This document shows, in pieces, positions 13,199 through 27,017 of a stretch of 64,000 nucleotides of DNA. The position numbers and the translations under genes are program-made. The stretch's first letter is position 1. Each line of letters begins with the position of its first letter. The stretch comes from Hormiphora californensis (Eukaryota > Animalia > Ctenophora), in contig CM035360.1 of assembly GCA_020137815.1 (NCBI GenBank), forward strand, positions 5,890,001 through 5,954,000, given 5' to 3'. The notes beneath the pieces are model-generated. The model was not told the DNA's origin and ran no database searches. It was given only the letters and a program-made list of their open reading frames with translations.

Positions 13199-13561
13199 GG
13201 TAAGCGGTAAATACTCACTCGGTTCTTCACATTTTTTGGACGTTTTTGGCCATAACTCAGCCATTTTTTGACCAATTTACAAAATCTTGGGCTCATTGGA
13301 AAGAGGACATTGAGACCTTTAAAATGAGCCCTAGAAAATGAAAATCGGCGCAAAATGCGCGGCGTTATGGCGTAAAATGCGCGTTTTCGCCATAGCGCCG
13401 CGCATTTTGCGCCGATTTTCATTTTCTAAAGCTCATTGGAAAGCTCTTGACGTCTTCTTTCCAATGAGCCCAAGATTTTGCAAATTGGTCAAAAAATGGC
13501 TGAGTTATGGCCAAAAACGTCCAAAAAATGTGAAGAACCGAGTGAGTATTTACCGCTTACC
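13199..13561. mobile_element. Spacer-less palindromic MITE with GG termini and 9-bp TSD (Merlin- or MULE-like)
   Basis: ATTCAACTG|GGTAAGCGGTAAATACTC...GAGTATTTACCGCTTACC|ATTCAACTG. Explains the mirror-image ORFs 13192..13422 and 13338..13574. Confidence 0.9.
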
Positions 13562-14112
13562 ATTCAACTGGTGACTGAGGGCGCGCAAACGGAAGTGGAA
13601 CATAACACATGAGTGCGCGCATGCAAGATCTCGCCGCGCGAAGAATTGTACTTTCACCAGGTGAGAGGTGAGTGCGGCGTGGCGCGCGCGGTTCAGTGAA
13701 CATGTGGGAAGAAGGAAGATGAATTTCAGCTTTCACAATAAAATCGTGGTGTTGGCCGGGTGATTCAGTGTGTAGTTATTATATTTTATTATTCACATAA
13801 AATATTTTCAAAAATAAAGGAAATCAACACACAGATAATTTCCCAATTATACCTCTCTCTCTCTGTGTGTTAAGAAACCAAAATTAGTTTGGCATCGAGT
13901 TAGAATATTTTAACCCAGAAAACATAATTATCCAACATTTTCCGCATTCTCAGACGAAGAAATCAATTACTGGGGGGTAACATGACAATGACACAAAAAC
14001 ATTCACAAAAATCCCTTCCTTTCCGCTACCCTTGTAAAGGAAAACTTATCTCTCTTCTCCCTCTATCTCTCTCACCTTCTCTCTCTCCCATCTCTCTTCT
14101 CTATCTCTCTCA

Positions 14113-14146
<34 letters not shown>

Positions 14147-14431
14147 CACAAAATAACATACCATCACACAGACACACACACAGACACACACACACACACT
14201 CTCGAATTTCATGCTCTGAGAAATTCCAGACATAGAAATACAGGTAGTATATAATATGAAAGGAAGGCCAGTGGGGGAAACAAAATCACAGGGGAAAGAA
14301 AGTTAATAAAACAAAACAGATCGGTCCACATTTGTCTGTCAGATGTGACAAAGCGTACAGGGTGTCCCCCAAAAAACTCGACCCCCATCTCTCTCGCTGC
14401 TAGATCAACAAATTGTACACACTTTAACCTC

Positions 14432-15917
14432 CTAAACTAGATTAAACTCATTGAGATAGGACCGGAGAATTATTTCTTGGACATCTTTGAACACTTTTGT
14501 AATATTGTCCGTGTCTGTAGCACATGTAAAGTGAGGGAAGATATGGGTAGCGTCCGGTTCCCCCTGCTGTGCTGGCTTCCTTTCTTCATACTTCAACTTG
14601 ACGAACTCTTTTCCCTAGAGAGAGGAAAATTAGGATCAGCGAGAGAGAGAAATACATGTCATATATGTTGCCCCATGTTATAACGAAAGTTTTGATCACG
14701 GATCTTGCTTTCTTCATCTCTTCCTATATTTCTCTTTCTCACTCCATCTGCCTCAATCTCCCTCTCTCTCTCTCTCTGTATTCCTCACAAAAAGGTAGCC
14801 CTGTTTATTCCATTTAAAAGTTATTTCCCCAGACAAGATTCTCGTAGTAATGCATCTATAGACCAAATTAGTAATGCATATACCAAATAGTACGGTGCAC
14901 AATAAAAAAAGGAGAATTTTACATTTTTTACTACGTACACTCTCCCTCTCTCTCTCGTGTGTGGAGAAAACAAGGAGAAGATTTGTGGTTGTTATAATTC
15001 GGGTGTTTCCTGGTACCCATGGGAACAAACTTCAATATTATACAGCTGTATTTTGTACACAATTCCGACGATATAAATTGCCTTGCTAGGCCCTCGTAAA
15101 GGAGGGTTAGAACATTATAACAAGATGTACTACTATATGATTGGGGCCGACTAAAATACAGGGGCATGCCATAGACAGGAGCATGCTTTCTCTAGGTCAA
15201 TAGTTATCCATCTATTCAAATGAAAGATTCTTCATAACTCATGTAATTTTATTTGGCTGTCAAAATATTTCACCCACTTTCATCTCCCCCCACGTACAGG
15301 GGAGAAAGAGGAGAAATACTTGTCAGGCCCTGACTATAACATCGCTGCTACGCGGCCTAACTCAACCTCACCGTACAGACTCATTATATGAGACAAATGA
15401 ATACGAAGTTACCCTTGCCAGCGTGCGAAGGTCTATTAGATTAGAGAGGTTATTTCGTTTCTTATTACCTCTTCGGGGTCATTGGGTTGTCCCGTGTAGT
15501 CTTCAAAGTAGTCCCCAATGTTGCTATACCGTATCTTCTGATCAAACAGGTCTGTCTTGTTGAGGAAGAGAATTATACTCTTTTTCTTAAACCAGGGGTA
15601 TGCCAGGATGGTGGCAAATAAATCCAGTGATTCTTTCATCCTGGAAGAGAGAGTTTTTAGATGATTGGGGAGGAAAGAGGAGGGTTTTAGATAAGTGGGG
15701 AGGAGAGAAGATAGGGTTTTTAGAAAAGTGGGGAGGAGAAGAGAGGGTAGAAGAGAAATTATTTTTTAGGAGTTGACAACTAATTTGCTGTGTGTCACTA
15801 TTATGTTATATTAGTAAGACGCGTCTGCGTGTGTATGATATATTGCAATGACCTCTAGGAAATGAGTTAAAGAGGAAGTACATGCAAACAATCTGAGAAA
15901 GAGAGAAAGAGAGAGAT

Positions 15918-15958
<41 letters not shown>

Positions 15959-17173
15959 AGAGAGATAGAGAGAGAGAAAGAGAGAGAGAGAGAGAAAAGA
16001 GATATAAAGATAGTGATAGGTTCGTTGTATGTACTAACAAGCAAGACTGATAACCCACAGAAAAATACACTGTAACTGTTTGTCCGTCCGTCTGTTGTCT
16101 TCCTGTTTCATGCAATACCGGTAAAACTCATGCAACCGCAAAATGTCCCTACCACAACATATAAAGAGTGTCTCAACCAAAGTTTGGCCTCGAGATGAGA
16201 TAGGCCAGTGAATTTTAATACAAATTAGTACAACTACTACTAATACAATGACTGTTACCTGTTAGTGTTTTGGTTTTCCACTAGTTTCAGATCATAATCA
16301 CTGAGGGCAGAGAGAAAGATAATACAGGTCACATTATCAAAACAGCTGATCCATTTTTTCCTTTCCCTTCTTTGTCCTCCCACATCTATCACCTTTAACT
16401 GGACCCTCTTTAACTCAAACATGTACTCTACAATACTTGTAGTTCGTTTACGAGATCTGAATTGGTGGAGAAAAATGGACTTAGTTGGAGACACTAGCGT
16501 GGTACATGGGGGGGGGGGACAAACAGAGGTCCAACTACGTGAAAAGGGCTAGGGGATGTCTACTATCGAGATAATATGGATAACTAATATTTATTTGGAC
16601 AACACTAGGACCTTATAAGGAAATGTTCCCTACCAAATATGGACATGTGTTCCGGGTTCCCTACCTAAGAATATCCTGATCAGTAGGAACATAGTTGGGT
16701 TTGCATACTTCCTCAGTCTTGTCCAGGTAATACTTGGCAGAGTCCATTAGTTGAAATTCTTTGCTTCTTTTGTAGCACGATTTGAATCCTTCGTCAGCCC
16801 ACAATGTAACTATCGACCTGGGGACAGAGTAACATAGTCAACCACTCTCTGAGTAACCCGTCAAGTCTAGTAAGTGGAGTAGAATCGCAGTGGGGACGGT
16901 GGGGATCGCAGTTTTAATGGCATTGGCTGGTGCTTCGTGCCGATATAAGGGAGGGGGCAATAGAGCACACTACACAATACACATACCGTACCATAATAAT
17001 GTACCTACAGTAATTAGGGGAAGCAATTAATATCATATCATGGGAAGTGGTGTACATTAATAATACACTGCACCATTATTGTATGGTGTGTATTCTCTGT
17101 AGTAGTAGTGATCTACTGAACTACTGAGATCTAATTATTGTGAATGGACAATCTAGGGAGAGTGAGAGAGAGA

Positions 17174-17241
<68 letters not shown>

Positions 17242-17628
17242 AAATATTTTGGAGGGATAGATGGAGAAAGTGTGCTGGAGTGTGTACAACTGTTGAACAG
17301 GTGCATTATGTACCAGCCATATTTAGTAAAATGTGCACACAGCTGTATAGTAGGGGGTGATATTATAGATAGAGAAATGTTGGAAAGAGATATATTGAGA
17401 AGAGTTGGAGAGATGGAGAGAGAGAAAGAAAGAGGAGTTTTCAGGCCTACAAAAGTTGCATCTTCTCATAAGAAAGTTTTTGCATATCGTAACAGGCGGC
17501 TCTCCTCTTTAAAGGATATGGAAATATTTTCTGGATATTCTACAGAATGAATTCTGAGGCCTGGTCATGTTTCTCAGTCAGTCAGTCAGTCAGTCAGTCA
17601 GTCAGTCAGTCAGTCAGTCAGTCAGTCA

Positions 17629-17718
<90 letters not shown>

Positions 17719-18484
17719 GACCTACCTAGAAATAGCGGCCAGCTGCTCGGGTGTAACATTAATTAATTCATCAGATGCCGTATTCGTGTGATCACATCCT
17801 TCATTGCTTATCAAACTGAGAACCTTGGCAGACTCCGCCTTTGCTTCCTAATTAGTGAGGGGGATTACTGTGTTTTTGAAAAGAACTAGAATAATGAACC
17901 CAAGTGGCAAGTACCGTACTACTGCCAACAACTCAGATCAAGTGCCAAATCGACACCCGAGGCCTTGGTATCAAAGTTCCATATCTTAAACCAACCTTGG
18001 TCTCAAAGTCGATGTAGAGCATGGCCATTGCACTGAGGATACTTTTCGTGGCCTGGAGAAGGTTGCTCCTGATAATCTTGACAGATTCATCTCGGTAACC
18101 CTTGTCAAATCCCTCCCCCTGAATAATCTTCAGCTGTTTGATAAACGTGCTTTTTCCACTTTCACCCGATCCTGCATGGAGGGTTAGTGAGGGTCAGGGA
18201 CTATTGAAGAGGGGGGGGGGGGGTCGGGAAGATATGCTAGATCGTGAGTTGTTACATGGCTGGTAAGTAAACAAGCTCCTGCTTTTTGAGTTCTTGCAAC
18301 ACAAGATCTACATCAGACAGGATTATAATTTCTAAGCAGTGTACAAACCAAACCAAACATTGCACGTACCCAATAGAAGAAGTTTAACGATCTTGTCCTC
18401 GGACTTCTTGCTCTCATTTATCTGTTTATCAATCGCATCGTTCCGTGCCTTTGACGGGTCTGAGTCACGACAGCAGGCAAACAT
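14432..18484 (-). CDS. GNAQ: Heterotrimeric G-protein alpha subunit, Gq family (family-level call), 372 aa; exons 18370-18484, 17996-18171, 17726-17847, 16665-16817, 16259-16456, 15469-15640, 14432-14614
   Basis: MFACC N-terminus (palmitoylation-type CC), KLLLLGSGESGKSTFIKQLKII, DQDILRSR, DVGGQRRERKKWISCF, YPWF, LFLNKTD, HFTCATDT, and Gq/G14-type C-terminus LNEFNLV*. All introns are GT-AG and in phase (1119 nt total). Confidence 0.93.
17574..17716. repeat. Compound (CAGT)n(CTGT)n tetranucleotide microsatellite
   Basis: Direct reading. Another (CTGT)n tract at about 27770-27817. Confidence 0.97.
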
Positions 18485-19061
18485 TGATCAAGTACCACCT
18501 CGCACCAAGTTCAGATGATTGTAGGATTCTCTCACAGGGCGCTGCAACTGACGGCGCAGTGGCCTAGTTTACATTGATATGTGCAACCGCTATAATTGGG
18601 GCAAGTGATGTGTTAGTTTTAGCTCGGTCTGACCTCACTATATATGGGGGTAAAAAGTTTAATTGTAAACAGCGAAAACAAGCTGCATTGGAGTGTCGCG
18701 TCTTTCAGGTGAAATGTACAACCTGGGCGGCAAAAGCATCGTGGGCAAGCGCTGGGAGAATCTTTTTTAAAAGTAAAGAAATCAATCGATGAAGATTAAG
18801 ATCTTTGATATTTATGTAGTTCAGTGACATCAACGGGGAAAAATACCAAAACAGAGTTTTAACCAAAGTTATCATTTAAATCAATTAAAATGCCAACTGC
18901 TATTCAAACAACGCCGTTATTTGTCTCGACCCCGAAGGTTTGAACAAAATACAGGCCGGTGTTGGTGTGGATTACACGCCAGCAAACCTACTGCATGGGA
19001 CATGGTTTGAGTGTGACAGATGTATACACGCACAAGCAGCAGGTCTAATTATAAGAGGCGA

Positions 19062-19151
<90 letters not shown>

Positions 19152-19332
19152 GGAGAGAGAGAGTGAGAGAGAGAGAGAGAGAATGTTAACGAGAGAGTTT
19201 GACTTGTTAGGAACATCCAACGCTGTAGGTAGTGCTTCTTCTTACTCACCAACTGACGCTATGTTACACTCAACTTCTCTCCCCTCTCTTTCTCTCTCTC
19301 TCTCTCCCTCTCCCTATAAATATCTCTCTCTC

Positions 19333-19437
<105 letters not shown>

Positions 19438-19732
19438 TTTTTCTCTTTAACATCCTCTCATTCATTCTTCTTTCAGTCTCTGCTTCCCCAGCTCCAGCTC
19501 CCTAATCACAATGCAATAGAAATTAACAAGAATCGGGCTGAGACGAATCTGTAGATATTTTTCCTTTCCAAAATATTCTGAAACGATTCGTGGGTCTTTG
19601 TTTTCTAGGAAATCGACTTTTAAATTCACGAAACGTAAATAAAAGTCTCGCGAGCTGCAAAGAAATAAAAATTGAGAAAAAAGGAGTAAGAAAAAGATTC
19701 AGGGACTCATTGAAAAGAAAGGTAAAACGAGA

Positions 19733-19812
<80 letters not shown>

Positions 19813-20579
19813 GAGAGATTAGATAGAAAGATGAGTGTGGCACAGGACAGCTGTTCACCGGATCATTTTACCGCCCCTTTCCCTCAGATTCTCACGCTCA
19901 ATGTCCTTCTCTCTTTTTTCTGTATTTTTTTCTCTCTCTCTCTCTCTCTCTCTCCTCTACGACTCTACTCTCCTATCTATCTCTATCCCAGATCTCTCTA
20001 TCCCTATGACCTATCTCTCTCTCTCTCTCTATCACACCCACACATGTGTAAAACGTACTTATATTACGCTGTTACGTATTATTAACCGTATTGTCGAGCG
20101 AGGCCAGATCATGAACTCTGAAAGGAATGATGGTGCTGACGCAAATGCAATATAAAATCACATTGGCAGGTTCCATCTTGGAAATTAGTTATATTGACTG
20201 ACCGGTATAGCCATTTTACAGATATTGAGAAGGACAAAGCAGACTGATAGGTGTTCCCACGAGGCCTGTTGCAGCAGAGGATAAGATCTTTTACAGCTTT
20301 GAACAACCTAAACAGTGACTAAATTGTGAGACTGCAAAAGTAGAAATTCTCAGAAAACCTATGTTGCTTTATAGCGGTGTTTCACACAGTCCCGCCTTAA
20401 AATTATCTGCATACCAAACCAAATAAGGTTCATTTTTATAGTCTTTTAAGTTTTAGTCTTTTAAATTTTGATGACGTTTATTGCGGGTTTGGTACTAATC
20501 ACCGTTTTTGGTGTTTTTTGACTTAAAAATACAAGTGGAACTGAATTTTTGCTATGCAATGTTCTACATGATATACATA

Positions 20580-20657
20580 CAATCAAACCTCAATTTACCG
20601 GGCCTCGATTTGCCGTGATAAAACCCCTTCCAAGCCCGGTAAATCGAGGTTTGATTG
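20580..20657. mobile_element. Short pogo/Tigger-like MITE
   Basis: TA|CAATCAAACCTCAATTTACCGGGC...GCCCGGTAAATCGAGGTTTGATTG. Related half-ends at about 37225-37265. Confidence 0.65.
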
Positions 20658-21022
20658 TGCTATGTACACTGTACAGAGTCTGTACATAGCACAATCACTT
20701 TAGTAGCTTGACGTGTCACGATCTTTAACAGATCCACCTCTAAGTAAAGAATTTATAAGCCATGCACTGGACCCACGTCAGCAAAATATACCCGGCAATA
20801 TATTTAAGAGTGCAACCCTTTTAGCGTTATATAATATTTTAAAAAGTACGGGAAACGATGGTCTATTCGGGGAATGAACGTTGTGAGTATTTCCCCCGCT
20901 CTAAACTTCTTTTTCCCTCTTCTCAGTGCTAACAAACCCCTACCCCCCCCGGGGGAGCTGTAGATGCGCTTGTACATTGATTAAACTAGTGTTGCCTATA
21001 AATGACTCTAACAGGAGCCAGG

Positions 21023-21087
<65 letters not shown>

Positions 21088-21116
21088 AGATAGAGATGGA
21101 GGGAGGATAGAGGAGA

Positions 21117-21184
<68 letters not shown>

Positions 21185-21343
21185 TGATGGTATTATTTTC
21201 CTCTTCGTTCCCTCAAAGAAAGAAGAAATGGAAAGAGAGGAAAATAATAATAGACAATAGCATGTTATTATGTATGGGCATCTAAACCATTGCTGATAAT
21301 GAAACACGCTTAGAATATTACAAAGGAAAAGGAGAGTGAGAAC

Positions 21344-21917
21344 TTGGTAACGCAGTTCCCCCTACATTGCGGGCACGCTAAAACGTGCCTTACTATCGCA
21401 ATGCCCTATGTAGGGGTAACAGAATCGGTTTCATATTTTTCAAAAAATTAATACCCGCCTCAACCATAAAACAGATTTGGCTAAATCCTTTTTCTACAGC
21501 CCATGAAATTGTCTCAAGAATTGTGTAGTATGTTAATTTTGATGTTATTTCATCATTAACACTGTTTTTTGAAGTTGAAATTTCGATGAAGATCGCGTTT
21601 TTGAAAACTTCATATCGGTGAGATGGTGCTGTGGACTATACCTAGGACAATTGTGATAAAATCAAATTCAAATTAAGTTTATGAGTTTGGCGCGTGAAAA
21701 TTCGACAAAGTTGGTAAAAAAACAGCAGATTCGGAGGCTAAAATCTTGGACTAGTGACATATCATGTCCTGGCGTGCATCGCGCCCTACGTAAAGTATAG
21801 TATTGTGGGGTGGGGGTGCCATGCCTGGACGTGTCCAGCGATACTTTTTAAGGAATTTACTTAAAAACGGGTAGGCGGTTCTGTTACCTCTCGACAGAGG
21901 GGTAACTTCGTTACCAA
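21344..21917. mobile_element. Non-autonomous TIR element with TTGGTAACG termini and 9-bp TSD
   Basis: AGTGAGAAC|TTGGTAACGCAGTTCCCC...GGGGTAACTTCGTTACCAA|AGTGAGAAC. Miniature relatives at 40964-41004 and 63131-63184. Confidence 0.8.
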
Positions 21918-22221
21918 AGTGAGAACAAGGGGAAACACTCAATATATTAATGCTACATAAAGTACATGTATAAACGGAAGTCATTACGGGCATTTCCAGT
22001 ACATACAATTGGCCCAATTCAGTACTAATTCAAGAAATAGAGGAGAGTTACGAAGAGAATTGTGTATTGTAGTCAACACACTACTTACTCATTTGATTGT
22101 ATCATTGGCGTGATAAGTTTTGTGCTCTATAAAGTGATAGCAGCTTCGTAAGGCCCTTGGCCCTTCAAGTAAAATGATTTGACCATATATTTCTTGCACT
22201 TCACACTTCACCCCATCACAC

Positions 22222-22285
22222 CTGTCAGAGAATAGACTGGCCTGACTTTCGCACTAGAACCGTGGTCAGAACATTGGCCTGAGAG
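22222..22285 (+). mobile_element. Micro-transposon, two-box form
   Basis: TSD CATCACAC on both sides. Confidence 0.75.
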
Positions 22286-24168
22286 CATCACACAATAGCA
22301 TGCTATGAATTACTGAATAGTATGCAATTGTTTCATGATCAGTATGTATATGTGCTATAGCACTGTAATTTATGAGATATATAGATTTCAGGTATTCCAT
22401 CGAGACTTATAAAGACTAACTCAGATCCAAGAAACTATCAAAATTATGGAAATATTTATCATTTAAAACATTGTCATTGATCCGACTGATAATTTTCTAA
22501 GCGGTTGTATGTTATTTAGTTATGATCTGCAATATTGCACATTTTGCTACTAAACCAGCACACTGCACAGTAAAATGAATAAACGCATCGACTTTGGAAG
22601 TGAATAAAAATGGGGGTACCAATTCCATCCCCCTCTCGCTAGACTACACACATAGAAATGATATTGGATGTGCTCTGCTTCGTTGTGAACTAAATGGTGA
22701 GATGAAACTGTGTATTGCTAGGTACATGTTTTATGCAAGGTAAGATGGACCAAAGGGGGTCAAAAGCAGCTAAAAATGGTTGTCATTTGAATGATTGAGA
22801 CTTGAGTTGAGGAATTTAATTTCTCTTTCGAGCTGCAAATCTGTGATCCAGTCTCCAGCGTCGAAAAGAAGTTAAATTTTGTACAAAATGTAATTTATTT
22901 CCGGAGTGGCTTAAAGTCTTGGTGGCGCCGTCACCTCACAACTCAGCCCACTTCGCGGGCTTCATTTTGGTGCGCTACACACGCAAGTTGTAAGGGTGAC
23001 TGTGTCACCATCTTAAAGTCAGCATAACCAGCGTAAGGGCTAAGGAATCTAAAGTTATCCCGAGAACTGGCGGTCAGTCACCTGAACTCCTTGTACAAAG
23101 GTTGACTCCTTGGTCTTTTCCAAATGTACAGATGGAAGTTATGGCCCATGTGGCACATAGCTAGTTAGGAGAGGGGCGATTCTGAGACGCTGTCCAAAAT
23201 ATAAAGGACCTGTAAGTACACGGGTGTGGTCAGTGGTGCTGCCTCAGCAACTACCTGCCAGGGACTCTCCGGTGCCTGGCTCGATCCTCTTTCCGTGCAC
23301 TCCAAATGTAAAGAAGGGTTAGAACATAACAACTGATGCCTAAGTCAGGAATAATACAACCGTCGCCAGCATCGCCGAGGCACAGTCCTATTTCGGCATA
23401 GAGGGGCCGGCATAGAGGGGCCGGAGATGTGACACAACATTCAACAAAGACACTTAGAACAAAAACAGATCCGTTCAGGTAAAATTCAAAGGCTTCTAAA
23501 GTACAAATACAAAATATAAATATGAAGGATGTGGAGGATGGATATGGAGACACGAATCCGGATAGGATGCAGAAGGGAGGGTGCAGAAGTAGGTACCAAG
23601 AAGGGAGGGTGCAGACACAGGGACCGAGGAGGGGACAAAGGTAGTAATGGGGACAAAGGTAGTAATGGGCTAGTAGCTGTACAAGGAAGGGACTACTCAA
23701 CCGTTTTGGCTAATGAAAATGAAAATGAAAATAAATTAAAAATGAAAATCCAAACTTTATGAGATAGGAAATGTCAAGCCCTAAGCTCAGACATAACCCC
23801 AGCCATAATCCTGACCCTACTTTAGCCCTAACCCTGAAAAACCGTATTCTGCCAATCAAAGAACCCAGATTTTAAGATTTTTAATGTCGCGTTTTCTTTC
23901 GGGCGCGATTATAATCTGGGTGCCTTGCAGCGTGTTTACAGGTGCGCGCTGCCAAAAGAGTACACTTAGACCGACTTTTTTCAAACGGCTATAATAGCCA
24001 CGCAACCACATGGCCAATTTGAGTAAACTAAACGGTAACTGATAGAGAATCGATAGCCCTAACCGATAACCCCAAACCAAACCCTAACCAGACCCTAACG
24101 GATAGCCCTAACCCGTCGCGCGCGCTAAAGCTACGAATTGTTAGCAATGAAAGGCACCCAGATTTTAA

Positions 24169-24569
24169 AGTGTAAGCGAAACTAAAACGAACCCCCTGCG
24201 CGGCTCAAATTGAACGTTTTTGGTCATAACTCCGTCAATTCTTAACCAAATTGCTTAAATTTGGACTCGTTGGAAAGTCCTGAATGCCCTCTTGCCAATG
24301 AACCCAAGATCGTGCAATTTGGTCAAGAATTGACGGAGTTATGACCAAAAACGACAGAATGTACTTTTTCAGCACTATTTAGTATGTTTTTGGTGATAAC
24401 TCCGTCAATTCTTGACCAAATTGCATAAACCTGGGTTCATTGGAAAGAAGACATTCAGGGCTTTCCAAGGAGCCCAAATTTAAGCGATTTGGTTAAGAAT
24501 TGACGGAGTTATGACCGAAAACGTTCAATATGAGCCGCGCAGGGGGTTCGTTTTAGTTTCGCTTACACT
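24169..24569. mobile_element. Kolobok-like palindromic MITE (TTAA TSD, AG...CT ends) with a nested hairpin in each arm
   Basis: TTAA|AGTGTAAGCGAAACTAAAACGAACCCCCTGCGCGGCTCA...TGAGCCGCGCAGGGGGTTCGTTTTAGTTTCGCTTACACT|TTAA. Confidence 0.85.
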
Positions 24570-24949
24570 TTAACGTTTTCCTTTTCTTTCCCAGGCCACG
24601 CCGGATTTTTTAGACAGGAAAAAAATAAAATGTCGCGAGTAAAAATGCACGTCGCTGTAAATGTAACGCGCGATTTGTAACCGGACAGCGCTGCAAAATT
24701 ACTTTCTTACGCCGCGCGCTGAAAATTTTGTCGTTCTTATTTTCTTTACGCCCAAATTTTCATTTTTTGACCAAAATAACAACTTTCTCTCTTTTTCGCA
24801 TAGGTAAGTGTGTCCTGGACACACTGGACACAGCCTAGCTTCGCCACTGGTTGACTGCTATTTACCGGTTATCTATTTATTTGATTTTTCACTAACGAAA
24901 ATACTGGTGACCACAGTTTGGTCTATAAATTTTGCCATTCGGCTGTCGA

Positions 24950-25183
24950 TAGTGAACCATAATAAAGTTCAAGAGCCTCTAAGAGCCTCCAAGACCGAAC
25001 CACATCCAAAAGAGACCACAATCAATACGCACGGGCCACGGAGCAGAAGATGTCCGCGGCGTTGTATTTGTGCAGCGACCTTTTCTGCATGTGGTATCCC
25101 TTGCGTGCGGTCTCTTCTCGATGGGGTGCGCTCTTGGACCTGGTTCGCTCTTGGAGGCTCTTGAACTTTATTATGGTTCACTA
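24950..25183. mobile_element. MITE with TAG-terminal TIRs of about 30 bp (hAT-like)
   Basis: TAGTGAACCATAATAAAGTTCAAGAGCCTC...GAGGCTCTTGAACTTTATTATGGTTCACTA. The TSD is degenerate. Confidence 0.75.
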
Positions 25184-25225
25184 GCTATCTTCAGTACAAA
25201 TTTTCCTCATATTTTAAGCTACAAG

Positions 25226-26953
25226 ATGGAAAATGAGTTGATGAATTTATCTCGGGATTTTGAGCTGCATGTTGGGGGCGGTATGGAAGAAGAATTACAG
25301 CTGGCTGCCAAGCTTGGCAAGGAATTACTGTCAGAGAACGAGAGGTTAAAGGACAAGAATGTGCAGCTTTGGGCTCTCTGTGAGGAAAGGTCCAGGGAAA
25401 TTGATATGCTGAGGACTCAAAACAAAATGTTAAGAGAAGATGCAAATCTAAAGGCTCACGATCAGGTATGGTTTTGTTTATTTGATCAAAATATGTTGGT
25501 GTGATGCAGGTTCTCTAAAGGTTGATTGTGTTCTATCTGCTGGCGTGATGTTGCCTCGCCCACCTTTCGTATTCTAACCCTTCAATTCGGGGCGTGTTGA
25601 GAGAGGGCCGAGCAAGGCCAAACTCGCAACACTTAAAATGAAGAGCTATATAACATGATTGAAAGGCAGGTACAATTACTGAAGTAACCTGTTTTGCAGA
25701 TTGAAATGGAGTACCGTGTGTCTGACTTGGAGGCACGTGTAAAGAGCTATGAAAAGGAATTGAATGATACACGGGCACGGTTAACAAGCTCCCTCTCATC
25801 TCTAGCTGAAACTGAGAGACTCTACCTTGAAGAGATAAAGTAAGACTTTCTTAATTTTTCACACTGTTATTATTGCAGATTTTACACGGACACTAAATAT
25901 TTATATTCTCAAGGTCCGTGCTTGTACATATTAGTGAATGGAAAAAAGGCTCATTCACAGCTAATGATCTGTCTCTACCCCCAGGAAGCTAGATCAGTTA
26001 AATCGAGACTACGCCGACCTAGAATCCCAACTGGACGAGAGTGGTGTTGGAAGTGGCCTCCTTTCTCCCTCATCGTCACCAATAAGAGAACGGAAACTAT
26101 CATTCAACCCCCTCGAAACAGCCCTTATTAAGTGAGTAAATTAAATATGTTAAAATTATCAAATTTCCTTAATTAGAAACATGTACTCCAATCTCGCTGC
26201 AAAGTTACATACCATATCCCCCCTCTAGATCAGAGGACAAGCGGCAGTTCCTTGAACAGGAGCTGAAATCACTACTTGAGGAAAACTGCACATTATTCGA
26301 TAAGTTGCATCTTCTGGAGGAAAACTACGCCCATCACAAGTGTTCCCATACCCCCTCAAAACAGGTTCCTCCTACTAGTAAAATGTTGTTGCCTCTATGA
26401 CGCAAATCTACCATGATTTCAAACAGATAAGGCTTTCACATTATTTACTGGATATTTACAACTTTGTGACGTCTCCCCTTACCCATTTTAAAGGTTTAAT
26501 ATGTATTATTAGACAATTTTGACCGGTGATCTAAGTTTTCACAGTGCACCGTTTCCGGTGGTTAAAGTGTACTGTGAAATTTTAGACCACTGCAAAAACA
26601 CTAGTAATTATAAAGTAAAATACCGCTGCAGTGGTATGTGAAAAATTAAACACTTTCTAGTCACACGCACACAGTGTGAACATTACGTCACTACACACGC
26701 CCTAACTACTGCACACGCAACAGCACACGCTTATCTTTTCTTTCCCTCTGCGACATGTTGCAACTCTTCTAGGTCACGTGATCGTCACACACTCCCTAAC
26801 CCTTATCTTTTCTTCCCCTCTGCAACTATAGGTCACGTGATCGTCACGTGATGGCACCAACCCAATGAGCGTCCTGCATCTGCTTTCCCTCTCTGCCTTC
26901 GATTCTCTCTTTCCCTATCTCTCTCTCACACACATTCTCTTTCTCTTTCTCTC

Positions 26954-27017
<64 letters not shown>

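Noticed and set aside
13192-13574. Two nearly identical ORFs on opposite strands
   Set aside because: Artefact of a palindromic MITE.
18552-18575. tRNA/SINE-like start GGCGCAGTGGCCTAGT (similar at about 13750)
   Set aside because: No B-box or cloverleaf follows.
23780-24115. CCCTAA telomere-like motifs
   Set aside because: Scattered and degenerate within a repeat; not a tandem telomeric array.
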